Positions 40,568-50,209 of a DNA stretch of 64,000 bases are shown here, piece after piece. How positions within the stretch are numbered: the stretch's first letter is position 1; the number at the start of each line of letters is the position of its first letter. Origin of the DNA: a virus (taxonomy: Duplodnaviria > Caudoviricetes). The position numbers and the translations under genes are program-made. The DNA is taken from positions 1 through 64,000 of the IMG/VR virus record IMGVR_UViG_2840904412_000002; one strand, 5' to 3'. Under the pieces are notes generated by a model, which did not search any database, was not told the DNA's origin, and saw only the letters and a list, made by a program, of their open reading frames with translations.

Positions 40568-40783
40568 CTAAAGCTCAACATAAGGTGTCAACATTTTAAT
40601 AGTGGCTACTACCTTATCTACGTCATCACTAAAAATATACTGGTCATCTTCATAATGTTTGTACCCTTCTTTTAACAAAGAATACTCTGCTTCGTTTAGG
40701 GTGTGAAAAAATGAGTCATCTGTCGTAAAATCTTTCTCACCACCCCAGTCATAAATTCTATACTCAATAATATAAAATCTCAT
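40568..40783 (-). CDS. Hypothetical protein
   Basis: RBS AAAGGA. Confidence 0.65.
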   Translation of the reverse strand: MRFYIIEYRIYDWGGEKDFTTDDSFFHTLNEAEYSLLKEGYKHYEDDQYIFSDDVDKVVATIKMLTPYVEL

Positions 40784-41061
40784 AATATTCTGTCCTTTCT
40801 TGTTACAACTAACTAACCGGAATTTTCGGAAGGTTTTTTAGTAATTTTCTAGTAGGCTTTCGAGCTTTCGAGTAACTTATTACACCAATAGTAAATTTTA
40901 AATTAACTGCAAGTTTAAATAAAAAATATTATTTATATTATAATCGTTAGCAAAAGCAACATCACCGTTGTAAACTGGTCTGTTTTGACATTTTTCTTTA
41001 CCTTTAAAATAATCTTCTTCTTATATCCTCACGGTCTCTATGATAGAGCCTTTATCTACTT

Positions 41062-41547
41062 TTACAATTCCGTTATATTCTGTGTATAAATAGAACTCAT
41101 GTCCAATTCCATCTTCTTTTTGTATGCTGTAATTAGTTGGTCGATAGTGTAGTATTGTTCTGCAATATCAAAAGTTATCGGAATCTGATTGTTATAATAA
41201 TCAATACTAGCCAAATTATCTAAAATACTTCCTGCACTTAATTCAGTGAATGAGCCGTTAAAACTACCTATTTTGTCTACCAATACCCATTCGTCAATAC
41301 CCTTTTGATTCGCAATACTCAGTCCAAACGCTAACAAGTCTGCTAGTTCATCTAACTGAACCTCTAACGGTTTACCTCGTTTCTTTTTCCAATTTTTAAA
41401 CGTTTCTAATGTGTTGAACCATTCGAAAAACTTCACCACGTAAGAAATTCTGCTATCTTGTAAATTAAGTGTCGGAATTCTATCATCAAATTCCTTTTGC
41501 ATTTTTAGTAACTCTTGTAATTGTTCTACTGTTAGTTTATTAGTCAT
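41062..41547 (-). CDS. dut: Dimeric (all-alpha) dUTPase, staphylococcal siphovirus type, possibly degenerate
   Basis: QKEFDDRI, FKNWKK, QLDELAD; C-terminus lacks the usual N..RQ motif. Confidence 0.75.
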   Translation of the reverse strand: MTNKLTVEQLQELLKMQKEFDDRIPTLNLQDSRISYVVKFFEWFNTLETFKNWKKKRGKPLEVQLDELADLLAFGLSIANQKGIDEWVLVDKIGSFNGSFTELSAGSILDNLASIDYYNNQIPITFDIAEQYYTIDQLITAYKKKMELDMSSIYTQNITEL

Positions 41548-41565
41548 TGTTTGCGTCCTCCTGTT

Positions 41566-41937
41566 TTAATTGTTAATTAATCCAAATAATCTATTAATAT
41601 CTTCATGAGTATGCCCGTCCCATTTTGGTGCTTTTTCTACTTCCTTAACATTGTAAATATCCCAATACTCTAAATCATAGTGGTATGTGTAATGTCCTTG
41701 TGGAGTTGTAATACCAACAATAAACATTCCGTCAAACATTGTTCCATCATCATGTTGTTTAGATTTCCATGCTTTTTCCTTATGTGTATTTAAAATTACT
41801 GCGAACAACACAGCTCTATCATGATAGAGTTGACCAAAAGTGTGGTGACCGTCTGAAATTTCCTCTGTGCTGATTATATTTTTTTCCTTTAATTGTTGAA
41901 TTTGAATGTTTAAATTATTAATAGTAAAATCCTTCAT
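41566..41937 (-). CDS. WDGH-motif protein
   Basis: SDGHHTF..LY..R, AWKSKQH, WDGHT. Confidence 0.7.
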   Translation of the reverse strand: MKDFTINNLNIQIQQLKEKNIISTEEISDGHHTFGQLYHDRAVLFAVILNTHKEKAWKSKQHDDGTMFDGMFIVGITTPQGHYTYHYDLEYWDIYNVKEVEKAPKWDGHTHEDINRLFGLINN

Positions 41938-42149
41938 CTACTCGTCCCCCTCTTTATTTATAAGCCAATACGTATAATCTAATCCGTAATGTTTTGCAAC
42001 ATACTCAGACAGGACAGCAACGTTACGTCTTAATTTAGTGTTCTGTTTGCGTATCCTTATATAATCTGAAATAATAGCTCCACTTAAAAGAAGTGCTAAC
42101 ACATATAAAACTGTCATTTACTCGTCCTCCTCAAACTTTTCTTTTAATT

Positions 42150-42455
42150 TTAAATATGTTTTGTACTCTTGTTCTTTCCGGTATTTTTGAGACTTGTTGT
42201 TGTTTTTTCAATAATATTATGTTCAACTAATTTGTCCATAACATATAATAAGCTATCATATTCTTTTTTTGCTTCTTCATACCTCATAGAATTCATTGTT
42301 GCTACTCTGTCTATACCAGAAATACTATACTCGTCCCAACGCTGTAAAACGTCAATTAAAAACGAAGCAAGTTTTTCAATCTCATCAAAAATACAGTCAT
42401 CATTTTCTTTGATACCATATTTACTATTCATTAAGTCTGAATTTATTTCACTCAT
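42150..42455 (-). CDS. Hypothetical protein
   Basis: ORF. Confidence 0.6.
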   Translation of the reverse strand: MSEINSDLMNSKYGIKENDDCIFDEIEKLASFLIDVLQRWDEYSISGIDRVATMNSMRYEEAKKEYDSLLYVMDKLVEHNIIEKTTTSLKNTGKNKSTKHI

Positions 42456-42702
42456 AATAGTCACATTCCTTCATTTTTCTAATTAATTCTTCTGTGTTAC
42501 TATTACCATCATATCTTTCATACGCATAATGACTAAATTGTGACACAAAAACTTTCATATGATGCTTACACAAGTCGATAGGACAATACATCTCTGCATA
42601 TACTTCACCATTTAAATATGTTACTTCGTAAAACTCTCCATCTGCTTTGTTACCGCAAATATCACATACTACCTCTTGTACTTCTTTGGTTACCTGTGCC
42701 AT
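42448..42702 (-). CDS. Zn-binding hypothetical protein
   Basis: CDIC..LCKHH. Confidence 0.65.
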   Translation of the reverse strand: MAQVTKEVQEVVCDICGNKADGEFYEVTYLNGEVYAEMYCPIDLCKHHMKVFVSQFSHYAYERYDGNSNTEELIRKMKECDYYE

Positions 42703-42758
42703 AAGAGCCCTCCTATAAAAATTTTATTTAATTTATTTTTTTAATTTAATAAAATAAC

Positions 42759-43163
42759 TTACTTAATCAACTCCCCGTTTTTCCAAATTAACGTTAGCGT
42801 CCCATCATCATTTATAAGGTATAATGTTTTAGTAGTAATATTTTCTTCAAGGTCAGATTTTCCTAGTAGGCTTTTTATAGTACTTCTCTTTTGAGGTAAA
42901 AAAACTAATTCTCCCTCAAACTCATACACTTCTAATAACAAAGGAATAACCGTTCTCTCCGTGATTTCTTCTTCCGCTTCGACGGTGAAAGTGTCCCAAT
43001 GAAAGATGGGTACCATGGTGTTGAACGAGACGTCGCTATAAAACTTCACTGCCCTTCCATAATTTGATGTGAAAGTTTCACCTTTCACATTATTCTCTCG
43101 AGCCCATTGAATTAACTGATGTAGGTTCATTTCCTTCTTAACTTTAATTTTCAATATAAACAC
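42759..43163 (-). CDS. Siphovirus-type hypothetical protein (paralog of 44201..44596)
   Basis: KKEM.L.QLI.W..N.VK, TFTVE.EE.ITE.T.IP, LIW..GE shared. Confidence 0.7.
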   Translation of the reverse strand: MFILKIKVKKEMNLHQLIQWARENNVKGETFTSNYGRAVKFYSDVSFNTMVPIFHWDTFTVEAEEEITERTVIPLLLEVYEFEGELVFLPQKRSTIKSLLGKSDLEENITTKTLYLINDDGTLTLIWKNGELIK

Positions 43164-43174
43164 TCCTTAAGTAG

Positions 43175-43498
43175 TTATTTCTTCTTACGTTTTTTAATAC
43201 TATATTTTATGTTTAATGTCTTATTAACTTGCTTAAGTTGAAGATATACTTCTTTCCAGTTTACTAAGTATTGATAAGACATATCTTCGTCAATCATAAA
43301 TGATACAGGGTCTTTAAAATAGTCATCTAGTTCATTACTCTCTAATACACTAAATGGGACATCTTCTAAACCCATTTTTCTTTGTAAAAACTTGAAGTAA
43401 TTTTCAAAATAGTCTTTCTTTTTAAGTTCATATTTATCAATTTTTTTCTTCACTTTTGTAAATAGTTTTTGTAATTTTTTACGTTCTTCTTTCTTCAT
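43175..43498 (-). CDS. Basic hypothetical protein
   Basis: RBS AGGAGG, promoter. Confidence 0.7.
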   Translation of the reverse strand: MKKEERKKLQKLFTKVKKKIDKYELKKKDYFENYFKFLQRKMGLEDVPFSVLESNELDDYFKDPVSFMIDEDMSYQYLVNWKEVYLQLKQVNKTLNIKYSIKKRKKK

Positions 43499-43641
43499 TT
43501 TTTTAAACCTCCTATTTGTTTATACATTAAGTATAGCAGGTAAGAATGTATAAGTCAACACACAAGAGGAACTTTTTTTAATATTTTATGTTTTTAAATG
43601 CTTCTTTAAGTTCTACGAATCCGTCTTAACTTTAATTTTCA

Positions 43642-43857
43642 TCATCGTTCCTCCTCATATTCAATCTTTGATGGTACCGCATTGTTAAAATGTATAATGT
43701 TTCCATTCTCCAACTTAATATCTATTCCATTGTTTTCGTGGAGCTCAATACCTACTACTTTTTCATTATTGGTGTAATGACCATACGGTGATAACCCCAC
43801 TTCGTAAACTTCGTCTTTGTAAGGTAATTGTACTGAGTACGATATAATCTTCATCAT
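43642..43857 (-). CDS. Hypothetical protein
   Basis: Coupled to YopX stop. Confidence 0.6.
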   Translation of the reverse strand: MMKIISYSVQLPYKDEVYEVGLSPYGHYTNNEKVVGIELHENNGIDIKLENGNIIHFNNAVPSKIEYEEER

Positions 43858-44204
43858 CGTTCCCCCTCTAACAATTCTTTGGTTTCGTAAATATTCCCAA
43901 CAACCTCTAAAAGTTCTATTCTCTCGAATAAATCTTCCACATAGATATCCCACTCAATAATTGTTTTAGCTTCTTCAATTCGAACTACACCATATTCTTC
44001 ATCCATGTCGTCCCACACAATATCACCTTGATACACATCGACAATATGCTTGTCAGTCAATCCTGTTGACTGCATTAAAGCAACCTCATCAAAACCTCTA
44101 AATGCACCACTTTCTAGCTCTACATATTTATCAAAAAAGCTGATTTCACGAACATCTGACATTAGATTCTCAGTTTTATCCCATGCTCTAAATTTGGGTA
44201 TCAT
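43854..44204 (-). CDS. YopX family protein
   Basis: MIPKFRAWDK, MQSTGLTDK..YQGDIV, EVVGNIYE. Confidence 0.9.
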   Translation of the reverse strand: MIPKFRAWDKTENLMSDVREISFFDKYVELESGAFRGFDEVALMQSTGLTDKHIVDVYQGDIVWDDMDEEYGVVRIEEAKTIIEWDIYVEDLFERIELLEVVGNIYETKELLEGER

Positions 44205-44596
44205 TCCACCATCTCCCCATCTTCCCAAATAAGCGCCATTGTGTAGTCGTCGTTTAATATATAAAAGGCTTTTGGTAACGTATCTACGCCTTTTACAACT
44301 TCTCCTATAGCCTCTCTTATCGACGTTTTATAGTGCGTGTGTATAATTTGCCCGTAACCACTTACAAACAACTCAATAAGGGTTGGTATTTTTGTATCCT
44401 CTGTAATTTTTTCCTCGACCTCTACTGTGAAAGTTTCGTCGGGTTCTATTAAGTCAGAGTGGCAGAATCCGTCACGGTCAAAATCCACTTCTCCACCGCA
44501 AGTCCCTGTAAAACTTCTATTCTTAACATCGTTATCCCACACCCACTCAATTAACTGTGGTAACGTCATTTCCTTTTTAACTGTAATATACGGCAT
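44201..44596 (-). CDS. Siphovirus-type hypothetical protein
   Basis: Paralog of 42759..43163. Confidence 0.7.
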   Translation of the reverse strand: MPYITVKKEMTLPQLIEWVWDNDVKNRSFTGTCGGEVDFDRDGFCHSDLIEPDETFTVEVEEKITEDTKIPTLIELFVSGYGQIIHTHYKTSIREAIGEVVKGVDTLPKAFYILNDDYTMALIWEDGEMVE

Positions 44597-44620
44597 AATT
44601 ACCCCTCCTTACATGTATAA

Positions 44621-45355
44621 TTATTTATTGTAAAAGTCTACAAGAAATTTTACCGTTTTATTTTTTAAGGTCTTTTCTACTACTTCCATAGTTTCTTTAC
44701 TAATTTTAATACTATCCTCATTAGATTTAATTTTATCTTTTATTTCTTGTATTAAAGGCTCTACTTTATTAACTAAATATTTTTTACTTTCTATACTTAC
44801 ATCTCTTCTTTTATGGTTTATTATCTCTTTTGGTATATACTTGACTTTTGCAAAGTCTGTATGACTTACCTTTACACTATCTAAGTCATCTAATAGACAA
44901 TTATAATATTCTAAATGACTATAAAATGTGTAAAACCTAACAAGGTCTTTCCCAGACAGATTTTCTTTTTTTAATACGTTATTGATATTACCTATAACAG
45001 AATAAGCTATAGTTTTAAAGTTAGCCTTAATGTAAGATGTAAATATAACATCATCATAAAATAAACTTAATACCTGCGTGTTAAATGCAGTGTTTTTAGC
45101 TTGTTCTAGTTGAGCGCATAGATTAAGAACATTATCAAAACCACTCTTTAATATCAAAGAAATAAATCTTTCCACCGCATAATACCTTGATTCTTCCGTA
45201 TGTTTACTTGCTTTTTCATTGTTCCTAAAAATAGTATCAGATAAAGGCTGTACTACTAAACTCATATAGTCTTTGTCCGAATACTCGTCAGATGTTCCTT
45301 GGTAAGTACTTCCGAATTCTATTGTAGATAGTACAAAACTTCTTTCTAGGTTCAT
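44621..45355 (-). CDS. Pol-beta superfamily nucleotidyltransferase
   Basis: FGSTYQGT...SDKDY (hGS-x10-DxD motif). Confidence 0.75.
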   Translation of the reverse strand: MNLERSFVLSTIEFGSTYQGTSDEYSDKDYMSLVVQPLSDTIFRNNEKASKHTEESRYYAVERFISLILKSGFDNVLNLCAQLEQAKNTAFNTQVLSLFYDDVIFTSYIKANFKTIAYSVIGNINNVLKKENLSGKDLVRFYTFYSHLEYYNCLLDDLDSVKVSHTDFAKVKYIPKEIINHKRRDVSIESKKYLVNKVEPLIQEIKDKIKSNEDSIKISKETMEVVEKTLKNKTVKFLVDFYNK

Positions 45356-45486
45356 TATATCACCTTACCTTATTTGTTAGTATAATCTTATCTTACTACA
45401 CAAATTTATTAATGTCAACATCTAATTTATAACATGTTGTGTTATTACTGCAATCAGTATACACTACCTTTTCTATTTTGTCAACA

Positions 45487-45830
45487 AAAAAAGTACCTAC
45501 AAATTAATGTAGATACTTATACTATAATTATAGATTTTAAGGCGTGTACATGAAGGGTAACTCATGTAGGGTTTAGTAGTAAGATATAAAGCGCCTACCA
45601 CGCAACATACAACGCCTCTTGTATGTTATTATATACGTACTGGAAGAAGTTACCAGTAGGAACCTACAGGCATATACAAAGCCTATGCCAGGCAATATAC
45701 GGTATATCTCGTATATCAGGTATAATACCTTATAGTTATTATCTTGTAACCTATAACTTCCGATAATTAGGGTTTTATAATAACTACTGTATAAGTAACT
45801 ATAACCTATAAGTTTTTTGTATACTAGGGA
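45487..45830 (-). ncRNA. Candidate structured RNA co-transcribed downstream of tRNA
   Basis: No ORF; about six hairpins with complementary loops; ends at terminator AGTATCTAC..GTAGGTACTTTTTTT. Confidence 0.5.
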
Positions 45831-45836
45831 CTATAA

Positions 45837-45908
45837 TGGACTCTGTAGGATTCGAACCTACACTCCAACGCTTATGAGGCGTTTGCTTTACCATTAAGCT
45901 AAGAGTCC
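45837..45908 (-). tRNA. tRNA with CAT anticodon (elongator Met or Ile2); CCA not encoded
   Basis: GGACTCT/AGAGTCC acceptor, AACGC-CTCATAA-GCGTT anticodon arm, GTAGG-TTCGAAT-CCTAC T arm. Confidence 0.92.
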
Positions 45909-46006
45909 ATAAATTATCATGAGATAGGGCTTGAACCTTTAAGTAATTACTTTCAACACTTAACTATATATAATGTAACATATTTTTAATAATAAGTCAA
46001 GTTATG

Positions 46007-46219
46007 TTAATAACTATAATATTTATCCATTTCTTCTTTATACATTTCTTGTAGTCCTCTAGTTATATGCTGTTTAGCTTCTTCTTTAGTTAAACAGCTT
46101 TTATCACTTACTTCTTTTAAATAATTATCTTTTTCTAACGTTAATATAACCTTTAATTGTTCATTAGTGGCTTTGTTAAGTTTTTGTTTTTCTGTATATA
46201 GCCAATTGTTAAAATTCAT
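46007..46219 (-). CDS. Hypothetical protein
   Basis: ORF. Confidence 0.65.
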   Translation of the reverse strand: MNFNNWLYTEKQKLNKATNEQLKVILTLEKDNYLKEVSDKSCLTKEEAKQHITRGLQEMYKEEMDKYYSY

Positions 46220-46539
46220 AGAGTATCTTCCTCCAATTGAGCATTTGAATAATGATATAGGTCTTTACAAATACTTTTTGCATAACAACGAATAGCATAA
46301 TTACTGTCATCAATGTCTTGTAGGTACAGACTATGGACTAAATCATAAGCATAAAACAGTAAATGTTGTGTTTTTTTCTTACCATCTCTAACTTCAAAAA
46401 TAATTGTGTCTAGGTTTTTAAGGTCTAGTATTTTAAATTCCTTAGTTGTATTCAGGTTTTTAGGGAATTTCATCCACCCATGCTCATACATGATTTCCAC
46501 CGCATTACTGAATTGTCTTTTAGCTGTGTCTTTATTCAT
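46216..46539 (-). CDS. Hypothetical protein
   Basis: ORF with promoter. Confidence 0.65.
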   Translation of the reverse strand: MNKDTAKRQFSNAVEIMYEHGWMKFPKNLNTTKEFKILDLKNLDTIIFEVRDGKKKTQHLLFYAYDLVHSLYLQDIDDSNYAIRCYAKSICKDLYHYSNAQLEEDTL

Positions 46540-46702
46540 AATAATCAATCCCTTTCTTAATTTCTATACTAAGTATACCAAATAAGAAAGGGATTGTCAA
46601 CAATAATATTAAATTAATTAGGGTGTTTCTTTATACTATTTTAATAATAAGCTATACACTCTAATTCGTACCCTTTAGTTGCGGAAGTATCTAAAAATAC
46701 CT

Positions 46703-46996
46703 CTATAAAAATTTTTCTATAAATGTATCTATATCCTCTTTTGTAATGTCTTGTTGATGAAGTAAAGTTGTATTTACTTTTGTAAGTATCATGTCATACA
46801 TATCCACTAAAGAATTATACTTTTTAAACTCTTCATAAGGTATAATAACGACATTAGTCTCTTTTATAACTCTGGCTATATAGTAGTACTCTAATTTATC
46901 TTCCGAAGCATGAACTGTACTATTGTGGTCTATTACACCGTGAATAAGCTCACTAAATACCCTATTACAAAAGTAGGTAATTAAATCATTATTCAT
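46703..46996 (-). CDS. Hypothetical protein
   Basis: ORF. Confidence 0.65.
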   Translation of the reverse strand: MNNDLITYFCNRVFSELIHGVIDHNSTVHASEDKLEYYYIARVIKETNVVIIPYEEFKKYNSLVDMYDMILTKVNTTLLHQQDITKEDIDTFIEKFL

Positions 46997-47390
46997 TGAT
47001 TAGCTCTTCTTTAATTAAGTGTTGTTTAAGACGTTCTACATAGTTACAAATCTTTTCTACTTCTTTATCTTCATCATCTTTACGACCTAAGCGTACTACG
47101 TATTTAATGATGTTAAATAACAAAGCATCTTTAAATCCTTCTAAATGTTCTTCTGTAAAACTAATAACATCTACTTTTGAATTATTAGAATAGTGTTCTG
47201 GTACTGTAATACTTGGTTCAATATTATATAATTCTACAAGTTCTTTGACATGTTGTTCTAGACTTTTAAAATGTCTTTCATGTTGAGATACATTAGAACA
47301 ATCCTCCACTATTAATGTTTTTAATTGTAGTAGTTCTTTACTATCTTTACCCGTAGATTGATACTTTTCAATAAATTCTTTTGATTCCAT
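46989..47390 (-). CDS. DUF3310-like protein
   Basis: PEHY...DVI...NIIKYVVRLGRK. Confidence 0.65.
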   Translation of the reverse strand: MESKEFIEKYQSTGKDSKELLQLKTLIVEDCSNVSQHERHFKSLEQHVKELVELYNIEPSITVPEHYSNNSKVDVISFTEEHLEGFKDALLFNIIKYVVRLGRKDDEDKEVEKICNYVERLKQHLIKEELINE

Positions 47391-47540
47391 TTCATACCGT
47401 CCTCTCAAAATAAGTTACTTTATTTTACCATATATAATAAATAATGTCAAATAAAAAATGAGGAGCTACAAGAGCCCCTCACCAAAGGAAAGATTATGAT
47501 GTTATGGAATGTATCTAGTTGATACATTTATAATATAACA

Positions 47541-48062
47541 TTAATCTAATCCGGTAGAACCGAAGCCTCCACGGTCACTGTGATTTTCAAATTTATCTAC
47601 TACTACTGGTTCGGGATACACTACGGGAGCAATTACTAATTGAGCAATCTTTTTACCTTTTTCAATTTTTTGCTTAGTGCTTCCGATATTATCTACCATA
47701 ACTTTAATTTCTGAATTATATCCGAAATCTACAGTTCCAAACTGAACTCGTAAGTCTGTCTTTGCTGTAATACCTGACTTAGGTCGTACTTGAGCTTCAT
47801 AACCTATAGGTAAATTAATTGCAATACCTGTAGGAACTAATGCTCTACTACCTTCAAAGACACATGTTTGTGTGGTGTTATTGTCTTTTTTCTTACATAA
47901 AGCTCTACCAATACGTTGTAATACTTGTCTTAGAGATTTTCTACAAGGATTTAATTCAATATCCTCTACTGCATATAGGTCTAACCCGCTATCATAAATG
48001 TTAGCACGTACTGGTATTTTTGCATCATTATGTAACAATTTAATTTCTAATTTTTCCATCAT
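47541..48062 (-). CDS. dut: Trimeric dUTPase
   Basis: Motifs DSGLDL, RPKSG, GTVDFGY, IAQL, RGGFGSTG; extra insert after motif I. Confidence 0.92.
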   Translation of the reverse strand: MMEKLEIKLLHNDAKIPVRANIYDSGLDLYAVEDIELNPCRKSLRQVLQRIGRALCKKKDNNTTQTCVFEGSRALVPTGIAINLPIGYEAQVRPKSGITAKTDLRVQFGTVDFGYNSEIKVMVDNIGSTKQKIEKGKKIAQLVIAPVVYPEPVVVDKFENHSDRGGFGSTGLD

Positions 48063-48427
48063 AAGTCTCCTTAAGTAAAGTCTTTAATGTCATAATCAAC
48101 TAGTACTACATCTTCAAAATAGTCGGAGTGCAATACTAAAGAGTTTTCTAATTTGTCTCTAATCTCTTGTGTTTCATCTCCATTTTCTAAGTTTACTCTT
48201 ACTTTTGCTTTAATTGTGACAATGTAAGTCTCTTCCATTATTTAATTATTCCTTTCAATAAATAATATCTCTCTAGTATCTCCTTATATAGTTTAAGCAT
48301 ATCATTATCTAAATTTTTATCTTCTAAATATATAATAAGTTTTTCCACTTCATCTTCACTTAGTACGACTACCTTTTCCATAACACCCCTCCTTACTTAG
48401 TTATCATAACATAAAAAAAGAACGCTG

Positions 48428-48679
48428 TCAAGCGTCCTCTTCATGTACTTCATATATAGTTTTTTTAATTATACTTATAGGTTTATACCCCTTATATACT
48501 AATGATAGTACACGTTTACTATTCCTAAAGTTAATAGTATTTGGGAACGATAAAGCAGATGTCACATCAGAAGTATAATCCATAGGATTTCCTAAATAGT
48601 CTGTTGCTTTAATATACATACTTCCATCTTTAAATACTATAACTTTTTCGTTTTCTACTTCTGTTCTTTTAATAATCAT
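48428..48679 (-). CDS. Hypothetical protein
   Basis: ORF. Confidence 0.65.
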   Translation of the reverse strand: MIIKRTEVENEKVIVFKDGSMYIKATDYLGNPMDYTSDVTSALSFPNTINFRNSKRVLSLVYKGYKPISIIKKTIYEVHEEDA

Positions 48680-48687
48680 AAAATCAC

Positions 48688-49005
48688 CTAATAACCTACT
48701 ATTAGTTTACTGCCTACTGTTAGATTAATTTCTTTATTTAATTCTTCTATTTCTTTAACAGTAGTATTATAGTCCTTTGCAATAGCTTTTAAGGTGTCCC
48801 CATGTTCAACTATATGTACAATAGGGTACCTATAAATAAGACAGTAGTCAATGCTAGTTAATGATACTGATTTAATATTGTTAAGTTCTTGAAGTCTATC
48901 AATACATACACCATATTTCTTACTTAAAGTCCATAATGTTTCCCCTGGCTTTACTTTGTGATAAAATTTATTATCAACTCTTTTTAAATCCTTTATTAAA
49001 TCCAT
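48688..49005 (-). CDS. Tandem LysM-domain protein
   Basis: HKVKPGETLWTLSKKYG and HIVEHGDTLKAIAKDY repeats. Confidence 0.9.
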   Translation of the reverse strand: MDLIKDLKRVDNKFYHKVKPGETLWTLSKKYGVCIDRLQELNNIKSVSLTSIDYCLIYRYPIVHIVEHGDTLKAIAKDYNTTVKEIEELNKEINLTVGSKLIVGY

Positions 49006-49591
49006 TACTACGACTCCTTTTTTCGTAAAAGTCGGCTTGGAAGTAACAAATTAGTATTAATAACATATTAACCAGTTCAGTAATAACAATATGTGGTGTC
49101 GTATTAGTTAATACCATACTAACCGATAGTAAACCAATGGCAAACCCTATAATAAGATATAACCATTTGTTAGTTCCATCAGACTGTTTAGTTTTATAGA
49201 ACTGTATAATCTGGCTTATGTAAGCTAGTATAATAGATAGTGTTGCTACTGTTTGTGTTAATTCTACATAGGTACCAAAAATATATAGAAATAAAGAAAA
49301 GATAATTAAAAATAAAAATATAAACCAATCTTTCTTTCTATACACTACTACAAGTAAACAAACAAGTCCTAAAAATAAGTTAACACCTACAGAAATAATT
49401 TGGAATAATGTTGATTCTGTATGTAGTAAGTTATAAAAACTAATACCTACGGTGGTTATAATAAGGTACCAAAACCACCTAGATACACCATTAATATTAC
49501 CATCTTTTACTAGAGACTTTAAGCCAGGAATATACCCAATCGTAATTAATATAGCATACATGGAACTTAAAATTAAAGGTAAATTACTCAT
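48974..49591 (-). CDS. PQ-loop/SemiSWEET-like multi-pass membrane protein
   Basis: Two 3-TM repeats (YIPGL..; YISQI..KTKQSDG). Confidence 0.6.
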   Translation of the reverse strand: MSNLPLILSSMYAILITIGYIPGLKSLVKDGNINGVSRWFWYLIITTVGISFYNLLHTESTLFQIISVGVNLFLGLVCLLVVVYRKKDWFIFLFLIIFSLFLYIFGTYVELTQTVATLSIILAYISQIIQFYKTKQSDGTNKWLYLIIGFAIGLLSVSMVLTNTTPHIVITELVNMLLILICYFQADFYEKRSRSNGFNKGFKKS

Positions 49592-50195
49592 TATTTGAAG
49601 CACCTAGTTTCTCTAATTCCTCTAATACCTCTTCCCAAGAGATAATACCTTTACCCTTAGTTAAATCAAGAGCAACACCATAAACATAAGCATTAAAGGA
49701 ATACGGCACTCTATCCATATGGTCATTCATATCAGTAGTAGACCATCTAATATCAGATGAATAAATTAAAACTTTTTTATTTAGTTTTTCTGTTTCTTCA
49801 TTTATAATATCTTGAAGTTCTTGGTATATACTAGTGGTATTCTTATATTTACTTTGGATTTCTTTTAACCTATTAACAGTTTCTTTAGCTTCACGTTTCA
49901 TTTGGAATATTTGTGAAGTTTCCATAGTTGTACCTAAACCACCATTACCACTGATAGGTAAGTCAATAATATAAATGTCTGAATCCTCAATAGCTTCTGT
50001 ATCAGAATTTACAATGCGTTCTGATAACTTAAAACTACTTGTTTCTTTTTTGTTGTTGAATGGTTGTGAACTAGGGTCAAAAACTTTAATACCTTTAATA
50101 TTTTCCATTTCTTTTTTTTGTTTAATTCTGTATTCTTTTAAACCTTGCATCAACATATCAGATGCATGATACACTTGTTTATGTCTTTTACTCAT
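49584..50195 (-). CDS. Nucleoside 2-deoxyribosyltransferase family protein
   Basis: VY.AS, FDP, D.EAIEDSDI, GTTME, SFNAYVYG. Confidence 0.8.
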   Translation of the reverse strand: MSKRHKQVYHASDMLMQGLKEYRIKQKKEMENIKGIKVFDPSSQPFNNKKETSSFKLSERIVNSDTEAIEDSDIYIIDLPISGNGGLGTTMETSQIFQMKREAKETVNRLKEIQSKYKNTTSIYQELQDIINEETEKLNKKVLIYSSDIRWSTTDMNDHMDRVPYSFNAYVYGVALDLTKGKGIISWEEVLEELEKLGASNNE

Positions 50196-50209
50196 TGTTT
50201 ATTCCTCTC

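Noticed and set aside
45487-45830. tmRNA or group I intron
   Set aside because: No tRNA-like ends or tag ORF; no P7 (R/S) core
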